Shown here: positions 17,531 to 26,621 of the stretch, piece after piece
Layout: each line of letters begins with the position of its first letter
How positions within the stretch are numbered: position 1 is the stretch's first letter
NCBI GenBank assembly: GCA_036493295.1
Contig: DASXQB010000419.1
Location: forward strand, 1-53,912
Direction: 5' to 3'
Length of the DNA: 53,912 bases
Origin: Polyangia bacterium
GTDB lineage: Bacteria > Myxococcota_A > Polyangia > Fen-1088
Program-made: the position numbers and the translations under genes
The notes under the pieces: generated by a model
Seen by the model: only the letters and a program-made list of their open reading frames with translations
Database searches by the model: none
Told to the model about the DNA's origin: nothing

Positions 17531-18643
17531 CTACGCGAACCGTTCCAGCAATCGTTCGATGCGCAAGCTGCCGCGCAGGTCGGAGGTCTGATGCGCGTGA
17601 TCCATGGCGGCGAACAGGTTGCTTTGCTCCACTTCCCAGAGCTCCGGGCGGCGCTCCAGGAGGCGCGCGTAGTGAGCGAAAAAACGCGCCTGGGAAAATC
17701 GCGTCCGCCGCAGCACCGCGCGCCGAACCACCGCGTGCAAGGTGAACCGGCCGGCGCGCGGCTCTTGAATCAACTCCCAGCGGCGCAGGCTGCTCAGGCA
17801 GGCGCGCGCGTTTTTTCCCACGCCGCTGAGCAGGCGCAGCGATTCCACACCGACGTGATCGCCCTGCCCGTGCGCCAGCACCGCCATCATCCGCCGCGCG
17901 CCCGCTGGCAGGCGCCGCCAGGCCCAGTCGCACAGCAGGCGCACCTCGGCCACGTCGTCTTCGTCCTCCATCACGCTGATGCGCTCGACGCCGTGGGCCC
18001 GCAGCCACGCTTGCAACGTCTCCACCGTGGCCGCCTGGCTGCCCACGATGGCGTCCGCGATCGCCAGCGCCAGCGGGTTCCAGCGCAAAAGCGCGGTCAG
18101 CGGCGCCACCCGTGGAAACGCCGGTTGCGCCGCCGTAGCCAGCGGCGCCACCACCGGAAAGATCGACACGCCCGACAGCAGGCACCGCCGCGCCGTCAGC
18201 ACCCACGTCACCGGGCAGCCGCGCAGCGCCTCCAGAAACAGGGCCATGGCCCGATCGTTTTCGTGGTTGTCGAGGACGATCAGCGTGCGCCCGGGCCCGC
18301 CCAGCGCGCGGCGCAGTCCGCCGCCGTCGCGATCGCGGGCGGCGCCGAAGCGCAACGCCAGGAGCTCGAACAGCGTGCGGTGATCCCAGCCGCCCACCCG
18401 CAGCCAGTGGGCGCCGCCCGAGAACGCCCGCGCCACCTGATGCCCCAGCGCGCACGCCAGCAGCGATTTGCCGGTCCCGCCGCCGCCCAAGAGCACGATC
18501 GGCGTCGACGGCGATCGGCGCAGAGCCGCCGAGAGAATGCGCAGTTCGCTGCGGCGTCCTTTTATCTCCGTCGGACGCGGCGGAAACGAAGGCGACGGCT
18601 TTCCAGACAGCGGCAGCGGCAGCGGCGACGGCACCGGCCGCAC
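17531..18643 (-). CDS. Stand-alone NB-ARC/STAND-type P-loop NTPase (NBD, helical domain and winged helix only)
   Basis: 370 aa. It has Walker A (LLGGGGTGKS) and Walker B (TLIVLDNHEN). A winged-helix-like LSSLRRWELIQEPRAGRFTLHAVVRR resembles the NB-ARC WH motif. I recognised no effector or repeat sensor domain. Confidence 0.7.
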   Translation of the reverse strand: MRPVPSPLPLPLSGKPSPSFPPRPTEIKGRRSELRILSAALRRSPSTPIVLLGGGGTGKSLLACALGHQVARAFSGGAHWLRVGGWDHRTLFELLALRFGAARDRDGGGLRRALGGPGRTLIVLDNHENDRAMALFLEALRGCPVTWVLTARRCLLSGVSIFPVVAPLATAAQPAFPRVAPLTALLRWNPLALAIADAIVGSQAATVETLQAWLRAHGVERISVMEDEDDVAEVRLLCDWAWRRLPAGARRMMAVLAHGQGDHVGVESLRLLSGVGKNARACLSSLRRWELIQEPRAGRFTLHAVVRRAVLRRTRFSQARFFAHYARLLERRPELWEVEQSNLFAAMDHAHQTSDLRGSLRIERLLERFA

Positions 18644-18721
18644 TTTGCCACAAGCGCTGGCGCCGCGACGGCGACAACGTTGCGTGACCAGCCGGCGCTG
18701 TGTCTAAATGCGCCGCACACC

Positions 18722-19003
18722 ATGCTGAAACACAACACGTACTTCGAAGGCAATGTGCAGAGCATCGGCTTCGAACGCCTGGGCCGCCGCATGACCGTCG
18801 GCGTGATCGCCCCCGGCGAATACCACTTCGGCACTGACGCCCCGGAACGCATGACCGTCACCAGCGGCGAACTGCTGGTACGCGCCCAGGGCGCATCCGA
18901 CTGGCACGTCTACCCGGCCGGCACCGCTTTTGAAGTCGCGGGCAAAAGCGGCTTCGACATCCGCGCCGCCGAACCTTCCGCCTATCTCTGCGAGTTCCTC
19001 TAA
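18722..19003 (+). CDS. ppnP: Pyrimidine/purine nucleoside phosphorylase PpnP (DUF1255, cupin)
   Basis: Taken from ATG 18722 within ORF 17495..19003. MLKHNTYFEGNVQSIGF...GEYHFGTDAPERMTVTSGEL...EPSAYLCEFL is collinear with E. coli PpnP (YaiE). Confidence 0.9.
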   Translation: MLKHNTYFEGNVQSIGFERLGRRMTVGVIAPGEYHFGTDAPERMTVTSGELLVRAQGASDWHVYPAGTAFEVAGKSGFDIRAAEPSAYLCEFL

Positions 19004-19027
19004 GTCTGTGGCGCGGAGCCGGCCGAT

Positions 19028-19429
19028 CTACGAAGCAGCCGCCAGCAGGACCGGCCGGGAGATCGTTCTCTCGCTGCTGTTGCTGCGCTCGCTGCTGTTG
19101 CTGCTGACTGCGTCGCGACGGCTGTCCATCGACAGGACGCGATCCAGATTCAGCAGCTTCAAGATAGCCAGCGGTTGCTGGGTGGCGCCCGATAGCACGA
19201 ACCCGCAGTCATTGGCCCGCGCTTTCTTGTAGATGGCCACCAGCACGCCAACGCCGCAGCTATCGATCAGTCGCAGACGAGACAGATCAACCACCACCCG
19301 CCGCGGTTCCTTGGCCAACACCGCTTCCAGCGACGGCCGCACATCGGCCACCGTCACCGCGTCGAGAACCCCCTCGATGAACACCCGGGTCTCGCCCCCG
19401 TCGTCCAATCTCCCCACCAAGATTTCCAT
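19028..19429 (-). CDS. STAS-domain protein (anti-sigma-factor antagonist, SpoIIAA/RsbV-like) with a Ser-rich repeat tail
   Basis: Taken from ATG 19429, with GAGG 4-5 nt upstream; the alternative is ATG 19441. The STAS core is VVVDLSRLRLIDSCGVGVLV. The C-terminal tail is SSNSSERSNSSER. Confidence 0.8.
   Translation of the reverse strand: MEILVGRLDDGGETRVFIEGVLDAVTVADVRPSLEAVLAKEPRRVVVDLSRLRLIDSCGVGVLVAIYKKARANDCGFVLSGATQQPLAILKLLNLDRVLSMDSRRDAVSSNSSERSNSSERTISRPVLLAAAS
19070..19105. repeat. 18-nt tandem duplication inside the STAS gene tail
   Basis: CTCGCTGCTGTTGCTG occurs at 19070-19085 and again at 19088-19103. It encodes the NSSER NSSER repeat on the minus strand. Confidence 0.7.
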
Positions 19430-19556
19430 GCTGCACCTCATCTTCGTCTACCTAGAACGACCAGCCGAGTCTGTTATTCCCTACCCAGAAATCTGCGAAC
19501 GATTTCGCCATCCGCCAGAGCCCGCCGGCGAGGATTTCGTTGCAGCGACCACGCCT

Positions 19557-20792
19557 TTAGCGGCCAGGACGCCGGTTTTTCAGCAGATCGCCCAGCGTCC
19601 CCAGGCGCGCCGGCGCCGCCGCCCGCGCGGCCGCGGCCCGCCCTTCGTCGTCCAGTTGCTCCTGCCGATTGGCCAGGCCCAAAGACATGCGGCGTTTCTC
19701 ACGATCGATGGCCAGCACCGTCACCTCCAGCGCATCTCCAGGTTTGGCGGCGTCGCGTCCGTGCCGCAAGCGCTTGTCCGCGCCCAGTTCGCTGATATGC
19801 AGCAATCCCTCGACCCCCGGCGCCAACTCGACAAAGACGCCGAACGGTTCGGCGCGCGTCACGTTTCCGCGCAGCAACGTTCCGGCCGGAAACTTTGCAG
19901 CCACCTCGTCCCAGGGATCGGCCTCGAGCGACTTTAATGACAGGGAGACTTGCTCCGGTCGCCGGGGATCGTCACGTTTCTCGATGCGGGTCACCTGAAC
20001 CGTGATGGTCTGCCCCACGCTCAGGACGTCGGCGGGCCGGACGCCGCGGGTGTGTCCCAGCTCGGACGCCGGCAGCATGCCGTCGATGCCACCGAGGTCG
20101 ATGAAGGCGCCGAAGTCTTTCAACGTCGCCACCACACCAGTCAAGACCGCGCCCACCACCAGCTTGCCGCGCGTCTCTGCGGCGCGCACCGCCGCTTCTT
20201 CTTCCAGCAGCACGCGCCGAGAGAGCACGATGTTGGGCCCGCGCCGATCGTCTTCATATCGAATCACCCGAAAGGCCAGGCGCTGGCCCACCAGCGTGCT
20301 GGGATCCGCCACCGGGCGCAGATCAAGCTGCGAGACCGGACAGAAGGCGCGCACGCCTGCCACCAGCACTTCGGCGCCGCCTTTGTTGATGGCGGTGACG
20401 GTGCCCTCGACGGGCACGCGGGTCTGAACCGCGGTGGCCAGATCGCCGCGGGCGTCGGCGCCGGCGCGGCTGCCACCGCCCACCGCCGACCGGCGCAGCA
20501 CGAAAAGACCGGCCTTCTCACCGACCGCGGCCACGCGGGCGTCGATGGTGGCGCCCACCGCGGCAGTCAGCTTGCCGTCGGGACCGCGCAGCTCGATCAC
20601 TTCCAGCGTTCCTTCGCCGCCGCCGTCCAGTTCGACGACGGCGATCTCTTGCCCGATGCTGATGATGCGCCCGCGCGCGGCGTCGCCGACCGCTCGCTGC
20701 GGTTGCCGGCGGCGGCCGCCCTGGCGATCAGCCTCGGCCATCAGGGCGGCGAAATCTTCTTCGGGCGGCGGAGAACCACTATCGCGCGTCAT
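19557..20792 (-). CDS. S1 RNA-binding-domain protein (about four S1 repeats; not a canonical ribosomal S1)
   Basis: 411 aa with repeated S1 signatures (GTVTAINKGGAEVLV, GVVATLKDFGAFIDLGGIDGMLPASE, GNVTRAEPFGVFVELAPGVEGLLHISE). Confidence 0.85.
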   Translation of the reverse strand: MTRDSGSPPPEEDFAALMAEADRQGGRRRQPQRAVGDAARGRIISIGQEIAVVELDGGGEGTLEVIELRGPDGKLTAAVGATIDARVAAVGEKAGLFVLRRSAVGGGSRAGADARGDLATAVQTRVPVEGTVTAINKGGAEVLVAGVRAFCPVSQLDLRPVADPSTLVGQRLAFRVIRYEDDRRGPNIVLSRRVLLEEEAAVRAAETRGKLVVGAVLTGVVATLKDFGAFIDLGGIDGMLPASELGHTRGVRPADVLSVGQTITVQVTRIEKRDDPRRPEQVSLSLKSLEADPWDEVAAKFPAGTLLRGNVTRAEPFGVFVELAPGVEGLLHISELGADKRLRHGRDAAKPGDALEVTVLAIDREKRRMSLGLANRQEQLDDEGRAAAARAAAPARLGTLGDLLKNRRPGR

Positions 20793-20823
20793 GCCGTTGT
20801 CGATGCGCGCGGGTCGGAGACGG

Positions 20824-22188
20824 TCACCACTTGTTCATCCATTTTTTCGAACCGTCGCTTTTTTTCTCGCCCGCCTCGCCCGACGACGCGGGCGCAAGCG
20901 GACGGTCATCTACACCCAGCGCCGGCCGATGGCGAGGGGTTTTCTTGCGCTGAGCGGTCGATGGACCGACGGCCCGAGCCCCTGAAACCGGGCCCTCGTG
21001 GGTGGCGCTCGGTTTCGCTTCGCTGGCGGGGTCGGCAGCCACCGGCGGCAGTGGTTCAGGTGGGGTTGGTTCGGCGGATGACGGAGCCGCCTTGTTCGAA
21101 GCAGCATTGGTCGACGCCGGCGGCACCGGTTTCGCGCTGCTCAGTTGCCGTCTGGCCCCCACCCAACCCACGCCGATTCCCAGCACCACCGCCGCCGAGA
21201 CCCACAGCCAGCGGCGTCGACCGTGCCGTCGACGCGCATCTTTGGAGGCATTGAACGCGGAGAACGCGGCCAGATCCTCCGGCGGTAGCGCCACCGACAA
21301 TCCGTCTGGTCCCAAAGGCATCGACACCAGCGCCGCCCGCAGCTCGCTCATCGACGCGAATCGATCGTCCGGGTTTTTGGCCAGCGCGCGCATCACGATC
21401 TGATCCAGATATTCGGGAATCTCCGGCAAAAGCTCGCGGAGCGGGTTGGGGATCCGCACCACGTGCATCATCATCACGTCGATCTGCGCTTCGCTGACGA
21501 AGGGCGGACGGCCACCCAACATCTGGTACATGATGGCGCCCAACGCGTAGATGTCCGTGCGCAGATCGAGCCCGGTGCCGCGGCACTGCTCGGGGGACAT
21601 ATAGTTCGGCGTTCCCAGCACGACGCCGGTGGTGCGGACGGATTCGCCCATGCCGGGCGCCTCCAATTTGGCAATTCCAAAATCGACGACCTTGATGCGC
21701 TCGCCGCCGGGCGACGACTGATCGGGGACGATGAACAGGTTGTCGGGCTTGAGATCGCGGTGGACGATCGCCGCGGCGTGCGCGGCTTCCAGGGCCGACG
21801 CCGCCTGGTCGATGATTCGCACCGTCTCCGCCGGCGAAAGCCGTCCCAGGCGGTTCAGGCGCATCCCCAAGGTTTCGCCCTCGAGGAACTCCATCATCAA
21901 GTAGGGCGGCCCGTCGGGCAGGTACCCGACGTCGATGATCTCGACGATGTTCGGGTGGTGGATGGCGTTGGCGGCGCGCGCTTCGTTTACGAAGCGGGCC
22001 ACCATGTTTTTGTCCTCCAGGTACATTCCGCGGAGGATCTTGATGGCCGCCCGGCGCCCCATGAACGGGTGCTCGGCCAGGTACACTTTGCCCATCCCGC
22101 CCTCAGCAACCACGGATTTGATCTCGTAGTTGTTGATAACCCGCCCGATCACGCGGTCACCGCTGGCTGGGTTTTCCACGCTAGGCAC
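20824..22188 (-). CDS. Hanks-type Ser/Thr protein kinase with one TM helix and a short Pro/Ala/Ser-rich outer tail
   Basis: 454 aa. Kinase motifs are present: GGMGKVY, AIK, HRDLKPDN, DFGIAK and SPEQ. The TM helix is WLWVSAAVVLGIGVGWV. Confidence 0.95.
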   Translation of the reverse strand: MPSVENPASGDRVIGRVINNYEIKSVVAEGGMGKVYLAEHPFMGRRAAIKILRGMYLEDKNMVARFVNEARAANAIHHPNIVEIIDVGYLPDGPPYLMMEFLEGETLGMRLNRLGRLSPAETVRIIDQAASALEAAHAAAIVHRDLKPDNLFIVPDQSSPGGERIKVVDFGIAKLEAPGMGESVRTTGVVLGTPNYMSPEQCRGTGLDLRTDIYALGAIMYQMLGGRPPFVSEAQIDVMMMHVVRIPNPLRELLPEIPEYLDQIVMRALAKNPDDRFASMSELRAALVSMPLGPDGLSVALPPEDLAAFSAFNASKDARRRHGRRRWLWVSAAVVLGIGVGWVGARRQLSSAKPVPPASTNAASNKAAPSSAEPTPPEPLPPVAADPASEAKPSATHEGPVSGARAVGPSTAQRKKTPRHRPALGVDDRPLAPASSGEAGEKKSDGSKKWMNKW

Positions 22189-22362
22189 CTGCGAAGTTTA
22201 AGGGAAGGTCGGCCGATTCATCCAATGATGTCGCCGCAGCATATGCGACTAGGCGGACATACAGAAAGTCTCGCACTGCGTTATGGCGGTCCTGCGTCAA
22301 TTGCCATCCAAAGGAGGACTGGCGCAATGCCCCAGCTTTTAGGCTGAGTGGTGAATCGTGCG

Positions 22363-22391
22363 TTGACATGGGCTGTGTATTTATGTAATTT
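22363..22391 (+). promoter_or_regulatory. Candidate sigma70-type promoter (TTGACA-N17-TAATTT) for the orphan secreted-protein gene
   Basis: TTGACA lies at 22363-22368, followed by exactly 17 nt and then TAATTT at 22386-22391. It sits in a locally AT-richer gap about 60 nt upstream of ATG 22452. Confidence 0.4.
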
Positions 22392-22451
22392 GCACTACCT
22401 AATTTGAAGACATCAACGCTCTGTTCCCTTCACCACACACGGAGGTCCCAC

Positions 22452-23108
22452 ATGCAGAAAGTCACTGGTCTGGTCGCGTTTTTGTTTGCAATCACCCTGG
22501 CCAATTTCGCCATGGCCACCAAGACGACCGTCGAGGTCTTCAAGGAAAAGGACAAGGGGCTTGTGGCCTCGTTCCAGGACTTCGAGGTCACCTGCAACGT
22601 CATTTCGACCGTGGATGTCCACTGGAACAGCTCGCTGACCAAGCAGGACGGAGACAAGAGCACGTCGTCGGCGTTGTTGGTCGATTTTAACTACGTCAAC
22701 TCGTGCACCGGCGATAACCTCTTGATGAGCGGCTTTCTTCAGCCGGCGAACGGCACGGAGGCCAACGATCTGTCGACTGGCCACGTCGATGGCGTCGTCA
22801 CCGTGACGACCGATCCGGACGTCAACCCGACGGTGCTGACCGCCAACCTGACCGTTAACGTCAACTTCGCCGCCAACGGTCCGGCCACCTCGTTCCACGA
22901 CAAGTCCAAAACCAAAGGCGGCGGCGTCACCACCGTCAGCGACGTCTCGGGTTCCAGCCGTCCCGGTGTGGCCCACGGCACCATCAGCGGCATTCTCCCG
23001 CTGATGACCGGCCCGAAGTTCGTGAACCTGTTGAACGGCCCGTCGGCCAGCGCCCAGCTCGAGAAGGACGCCAACGGCACCATCACCATCACCAAGAAGA
23101 CCAAGTAG
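22452..23108 (+). CDS. Hypothetical secreted protein (Thr/Asn/Val/Lys-rich, probably beta-rich); no family recognised
   Basis: Taken from ATG 22452, preceded by GGAGG (22441-22445) with a 6-nt spacer. The signal peptide is MQKVTGLVAFLFAITLANFAMA. Composition is visibly less GC-rich than the neighbours. Confidence 0.7.
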   Translation: MQKVTGLVAFLFAITLANFAMATKTTVEVFKEKDKGLVASFQDFEVTCNVISTVDVHWNSSLTKQDGDKSTSSALLVDFNYVNSCTGDNLLMSGFLQPANGTEANDLSTGHVDGVVTVTTDPDVNPTVLTANLTVNVNFAANGPATSFHDKSKTKGGGVTTVSDVSGSSRPGVAHGTISGILPLMTGPKFVNLLNGPSASAQLEKDANGTITITKKTK

Positions 23109-23152
23109 GCGCGACGCCCGCGGGTCTCTGTCTCTGCGTGCACCAGCGCCGT

Positions 23153-24982
23153 TCATGGCCCAGCCGGATCGGCGCTGGTGAAGGGACCGTCGCGATAAAG
23201 GCGCTCGAGGTCGGCGGCGAAGCGCTGCACCACCAGCCGGCGCTTCAGCTTCAGCGACGGCGTCAAAAGCTGGTTGGCCTGGGTGAAATCCTCGGCCAGC
23301 AGCGCGAACGAACGGATGCGTTCGAAGCCTTTGAAATCGGAAGACAGCCTTTCGATCTCGCCGGCGATCAGGCGGCGGACATCGTTTTCGCTGCGCTGTC
23401 CGCCTGACCCGCCGACGCGGCAGTCGGGTCCGGGCACCACCAGCGCGACGTTATACGGCCGGTTGTCGCCGTACACCATGACGTTGGCGATGTGCGGGGA
23501 CACCTTCAGTCGATCCTCGAGACGGGCCGGAGCCACGTACTTACCGTTGCTCAGCTTGTACTGCTCTTTGATGCGGCCGGTGATGAAGAGAAATCCATCT
23601 TCATCCAGGTAACCAAGGTCGCCGGTGCGCAAGCCACGGTTGGCGTCGATGACCGCGCGGGTGTCCGCCTCGCGGTTGTGGTAGCCGGCCATCACGTTGG
23701 GCCCGTGCACGATGATCTCGCCGATGCGTTCGCGATCGCTGGCATCGTCGTTGGCGCTGCGATCGATCTCCACCTGCACGTCGGGCAGCGGACGCCCCAC
23801 GCTGCCTGGTTTGCGGCGACCAGGAACGTTGGCGGCGACCACCGGGCTGGCCTCGGTCAAGCCGTAACCCTCGTAGACCGAGACGCCGATGGTCTCCATC
23901 AAGTCCGACGCTTCAGGCGACAGCGCCGCCGCCCCCGACACGGCAAAACGCAGCCGTCCGCCGAAACGGGCCTGCATGCGGCGAAACAGAAGCTGATTGG
24001 CCAGCGCCAACACCACCCGCGCGACCGGCCCCACCGACTGACCGGCGCGGCGCCGGCGGGCGATCTCCAGCCCGCGACGAAACAACCAGCGCAGCGGCGC
24101 CGCCTTCTTGGCCATCAGGGCGTGAACGCCGGCGTAGACGCGTTCGAAGACCCGCGGCACGGCGACCAGGACGCTGGGCCGCACCTCGACGAAGTTCTTC
24201 ACCAGCGCGTCCACGCTTTCGGCGATCCCCATCGACGCGCCCACCGCCACCAGCAGGTGCAGTTCGACGGTCTGTCCGAAGGCGTGCGCCCACGGAAGAA
24301 ATGACAGCGTCCGGTAGTCGGTCGACAGCGGGATGACCTTCAGCAAGGCGCCCACGTTGGACAGGATGTTGGCGTGCGACAGGATCACGCCCTTCGGCTC
24401 GCCGGTGGTTCCCGACGTGTACATCAAGCTGGCGGTGGCCGGCGGCGCCGGATGAACCGCCTCGATCGGACGCTCGGCACCGGTGCGCAGCAGCGACTGA
24501 TAGCTGAGACGCGCGCCCTCGCCTTCCAGCAACACAACGTGCTCCAGGCAATTGAGTAGCTGCGGCAGCTCGGAGACGCGGCGGTAGATGTCCGCGTTGG
24601 CCACGAACAACACCTTGATCCCGGCGTCGCGCACGATGAACGCCCACTCGCGCTCGGCTTGCGATTCGTACATGGGCACAAACGCCGCGCCCAGGCCGTA
24701 GCTGGCGTACGCCGCCGCCGCCCAGGCCACGCCGTTGTTGGCGATGATGCCGACGCGATCTTTCGGCCCCACGCCCAGCGACGCCAGCCCACCGCGCAGC
24801 TGGTTCACCTGCTGCTTGAACGCGGCATAGGTCAGCTCAGTCCAGCGGCCTTCGACCTTGGTCAGGAACATCGGCAGCGACGCGTGGCGCGCCACGCTGA
24901 AGTCCAGCATGTCCACCAGCGAGTGGATGGTTCGCAGATCCGCGGGCGTGGGCGGCGTTCCGATGTGAGGCGCGGCGCTCAA
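23153..24982 (-). CDS. Long-chain acyl-CoA synthetase (AMP-dependent synthetase/ligase, FadD-like)
   Basis: 609 aa. It has the AMP-binding motif MYTSGTTGEPKGV, later GYGLTE, and TGDLGYLDEDGFLFITGRIKE. Confidence 0.9.
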   Translation of the reverse strand: MSAAPHIGTPPTPADLRTIHSLVDMLDFSVARHASLPMFLTKVEGRWTELTYAAFKQQVNQLRGGLASLGVGPKDRVGIIANNGVAWAAAAYASYGLGAAFVPMYESQAEREWAFIVRDAGIKVLFVANADIYRRVSELPQLLNCLEHVVLLEGEGARLSYQSLLRTGAERPIEAVHPAPPATASLMYTSGTTGEPKGVILSHANILSNVGALLKVIPLSTDYRTLSFLPWAHAFGQTVELHLLVAVGASMGIAESVDALVKNFVEVRPSVLVAVPRVFERVYAGVHALMAKKAAPLRWLFRRGLEIARRRRAGQSVGPVARVVLALANQLLFRRMQARFGGRLRFAVSGAAALSPEASDLMETIGVSVYEGYGLTEASPVVAANVPGRRKPGSVGRPLPDVQVEIDRSANDDASDRERIGEIIVHGPNVMAGYHNREADTRAVIDANRGLRTGDLGYLDEDGFLFITGRIKEQYKLSNGKYVAPARLEDRLKVSPHIANVMVYGDNRPYNVALVVPGPDCRVGGSGGQRSENDVRRLIAGEIERLSSDFKGFERIRSFALLAEDFTQANQLLTPSLKLKRRLVVQRFAADLERLYRDGPFTSADPAGP

Positions 24983-25063
24983 GATCGTCTCTCGACCCTA
25001 AGGTATGGCACAGGAATGAATGGCGTCGCCGTGCCAAACGACGATCGACGTGCAATTACCACC

Positions 25064-25084
25064 ATACTGAATTATGGTCAATAG
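25064..25084. promoter_or_regulatory. Operator-like palindrome, copy a (degenerate): ATACTGA-ATTATGG-TCAATAG
   Basis: It lies 82-102 bp upstream of the acyl-CoA synthetase start (24982). The right arm is identical to copies c and d, and the left arm matches 5/7. It overlaps a second inverted repeat, ACCATA (25061-66) / TATGGT (25073-78). Confidence 0.35.
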
Positions 25085-25134
25085 AGGTCAGCGACCGCCC
25101 CCCCATGCCCGCGCCTGGCGAATCACCTCACGAA

Positions 25135-26295
25135 TCAGAGGTCCGGAAACAACGAGACCAGCTGGGCCATCCAGTCGCGCAGGGCGGGAAACCCAGGGCG
25201 ATCGTCGAAACGTCCCAGGCGCACGATCACCAGATCCTTCGACGGCACCACGGTGATGAGCTGGCCCTCGTGGCCCTGGGCGGTGAACACGTCGCGCGGC
25301 AACTTGATCGGACCGCCCTCGGGAACCAACCACCAGCCGGCGCCATATCGTTGGCCGTCGATGGCCGGGGTTCCGGTGCGCGCGAAGTCCACCCAGCCAG
25401 GCGGCAGCAAGCGCTGGCCGTTCCACACGCCGTCGCGCGCGTACAGCAAGCCAAAGCGGGCAAAGTCGCGCGCGGTGGCGTAGACCAGCGCGCTGCCCAG
25501 GAAGGTGCCGGCGGCGTCGAACTCGGGTTCAGCGGAGGTCATGCCCAGCGGTTCGAACAGCTCGTGGAACAGCTCGGCCTGAATTTTCGCGCGGCGGGCG
25601 GCGGGCCCGGCGTTGGGCGCGAACACCCGGCCCAGCGCATCGGCGATCAGATTCACGCCGGCCGAGTTGTAATTCCAGTGCGCTCCCGGCGGATGCGCCA
25701 GCGGCAGCGACGCCGCCCAGGCGGCGACATCCAGGCGCCCGGCGCCGTACAGCATCTGCGCGGCGTCGTTGTTGGTGGGCCCGGTGGCGTCGATCTCGTG
25801 ATAGTCGAGGCCATCAATCATCTGCATCCACATGCGCCACGGAATCGCCGCGCGCGCATCGCCGGCGGCCCAGTGCGGATTGCCCATCGGCTTGTCGATG
25901 TCGACCAGTCCCTTGCGCACCGCCACGCCGACCATCGCGTGGGTGATCGATTTGGCCATCGACCAGGAGACGAGCGGCGTCTGCGCGTCGTAGCCGGGCA
26001 TATACCGTTCGGCCACCAGCTTGCCGCCCTGGATGATCACCACCGCCCGCGTCTCGCCCAGCAGCGGCTGGCGCGCGTTCGTCACCGCCAGCACGCGGTC
26101 CAGTGCCGCCGGCGCGACGCTGGTGGGCAGCGGTCCTTGCGGCCATTCCTTGGTTGGCCACGGCACGCCGTCGGGTTGCGCGCGCAGCGGCACCAGCGCT
26201 TCGGCGGCAGCGTGCGCGGAAACAACGGTTGCGGCCAGCACGGCCAGACAGACAGAAACCAGCGTCCGACTTCGCTCGGATATCATTTCATGCAC
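25135..26295 (-). CDS. Exported serine hydrolase (beta-lactamase / class-C-like esterase family)
   Basis: 386 aa with a signal peptide. The SxxK motif is present (SMAKSITHAMVG). An alternative start is ATG 26286. Confidence 0.85.
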   Translation of the reverse strand: MHEMISERSRTLVSVCLAVLAATVVSAHAAAEALVPLRAQPDGVPWPTKEWPQGPLPTSVAPAALDRVLAVTNARQPLLGETRAVVIIQGGKLVAERYMPGYDAQTPLVSWSMAKSITHAMVGVAVRKGLVDIDKPMGNPHWAAGDARAAIPWRMWMQMIDGLDYHEIDATGPTNNDAAQMLYGAGRLDVAAWAASLPLAHPPGAHWNYNSAGVNLIADALGRVFAPNAGPAARRAKIQAELFHELFEPLGMTSAEPEFDAAGTFLGSALVYATARDFARFGLLYARDGVWNGQRLLPPGWVDFARTGTPAIDGQRYGAGWWLVPEGGPIKLPRDVFTAQGHEGQLITVVPSKDLVIVRLGRFDDRPGFPALRDWMAQLVSLFPDL

Positions 26296-26315
26296 CTTAA
26301 ATTGAGGGTTTGGTG

Positions 26316-26615
26316 ATGCGCAAACGACTTCTTCTCATCGCGGCGCTGGCCGTCGCCGGCGTGGTCCTGGCCGTCCGGGTGCTGCACATTCCGGATCTCG
26401 TTCACATCGGAGCGGGCTATACCGCCCAGCAAACCTGCGCGTGCTTGTTCGTCAGCCACCGCTCGCTGGAAAGCTGCCGCGGCGATCTGGAACCGATGGC
26501 GCGCTGGCTGGTCTCGATCAAGCCCGGCAACGACGCGGTGACCGCCCGTTCGTTCCTGATCTCGCAGGCGACCGCCCGGTATCAAAAAACCTTCGGCTGC
26601 GCGCTGGAAGACTGA
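26316..26615 (+). CDS. Hypothetical membrane-anchored/secreted small protein (four Cys)
   Basis: ATG at 26316 (MRKRLLLIAALAVAGVVLAV...). It is followed after 6 nt by the next gene. No family recognised. Confidence 0.55.
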   Translation: MRKRLLLIAALAVAGVVLAVRVLHIPDLVHIGAGYTAQQTCACLFVSHRSLESCRGDLEPMARWLVSIKPGNDAVTARSFLISQATARYQKTFGCALED

Positions 26616-26621
26616 GCCGAC

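Noticed and set aside
17531-19003. The NB-ARC NTPase plus the adjacent nucleoside phosphorylase as a two-gene anti-phage defence system.
   Set aside because: The genes are divergent rather than co-transcribed. The phosphorylase is an ordinary PpnP/YaiE cupin collinear with the E. coli housekeeping enzyme, not a PNP-type defence effector. No other defence-type genes are nearby.
25006-25027. TGGCAC (25006-25011) as a sigma54 -24 element, and GAATGAAT (25014-25021) as a second FadR/YsiA box, both upstream of the acyl-CoA synthetase.
   Set aside because: TGGCAC is on the wrong strand for the leftward gene and lacks a GC at the N10 spacing. The GAATGAA sequence has no matching TCATTC arm, so it is only a half-site.
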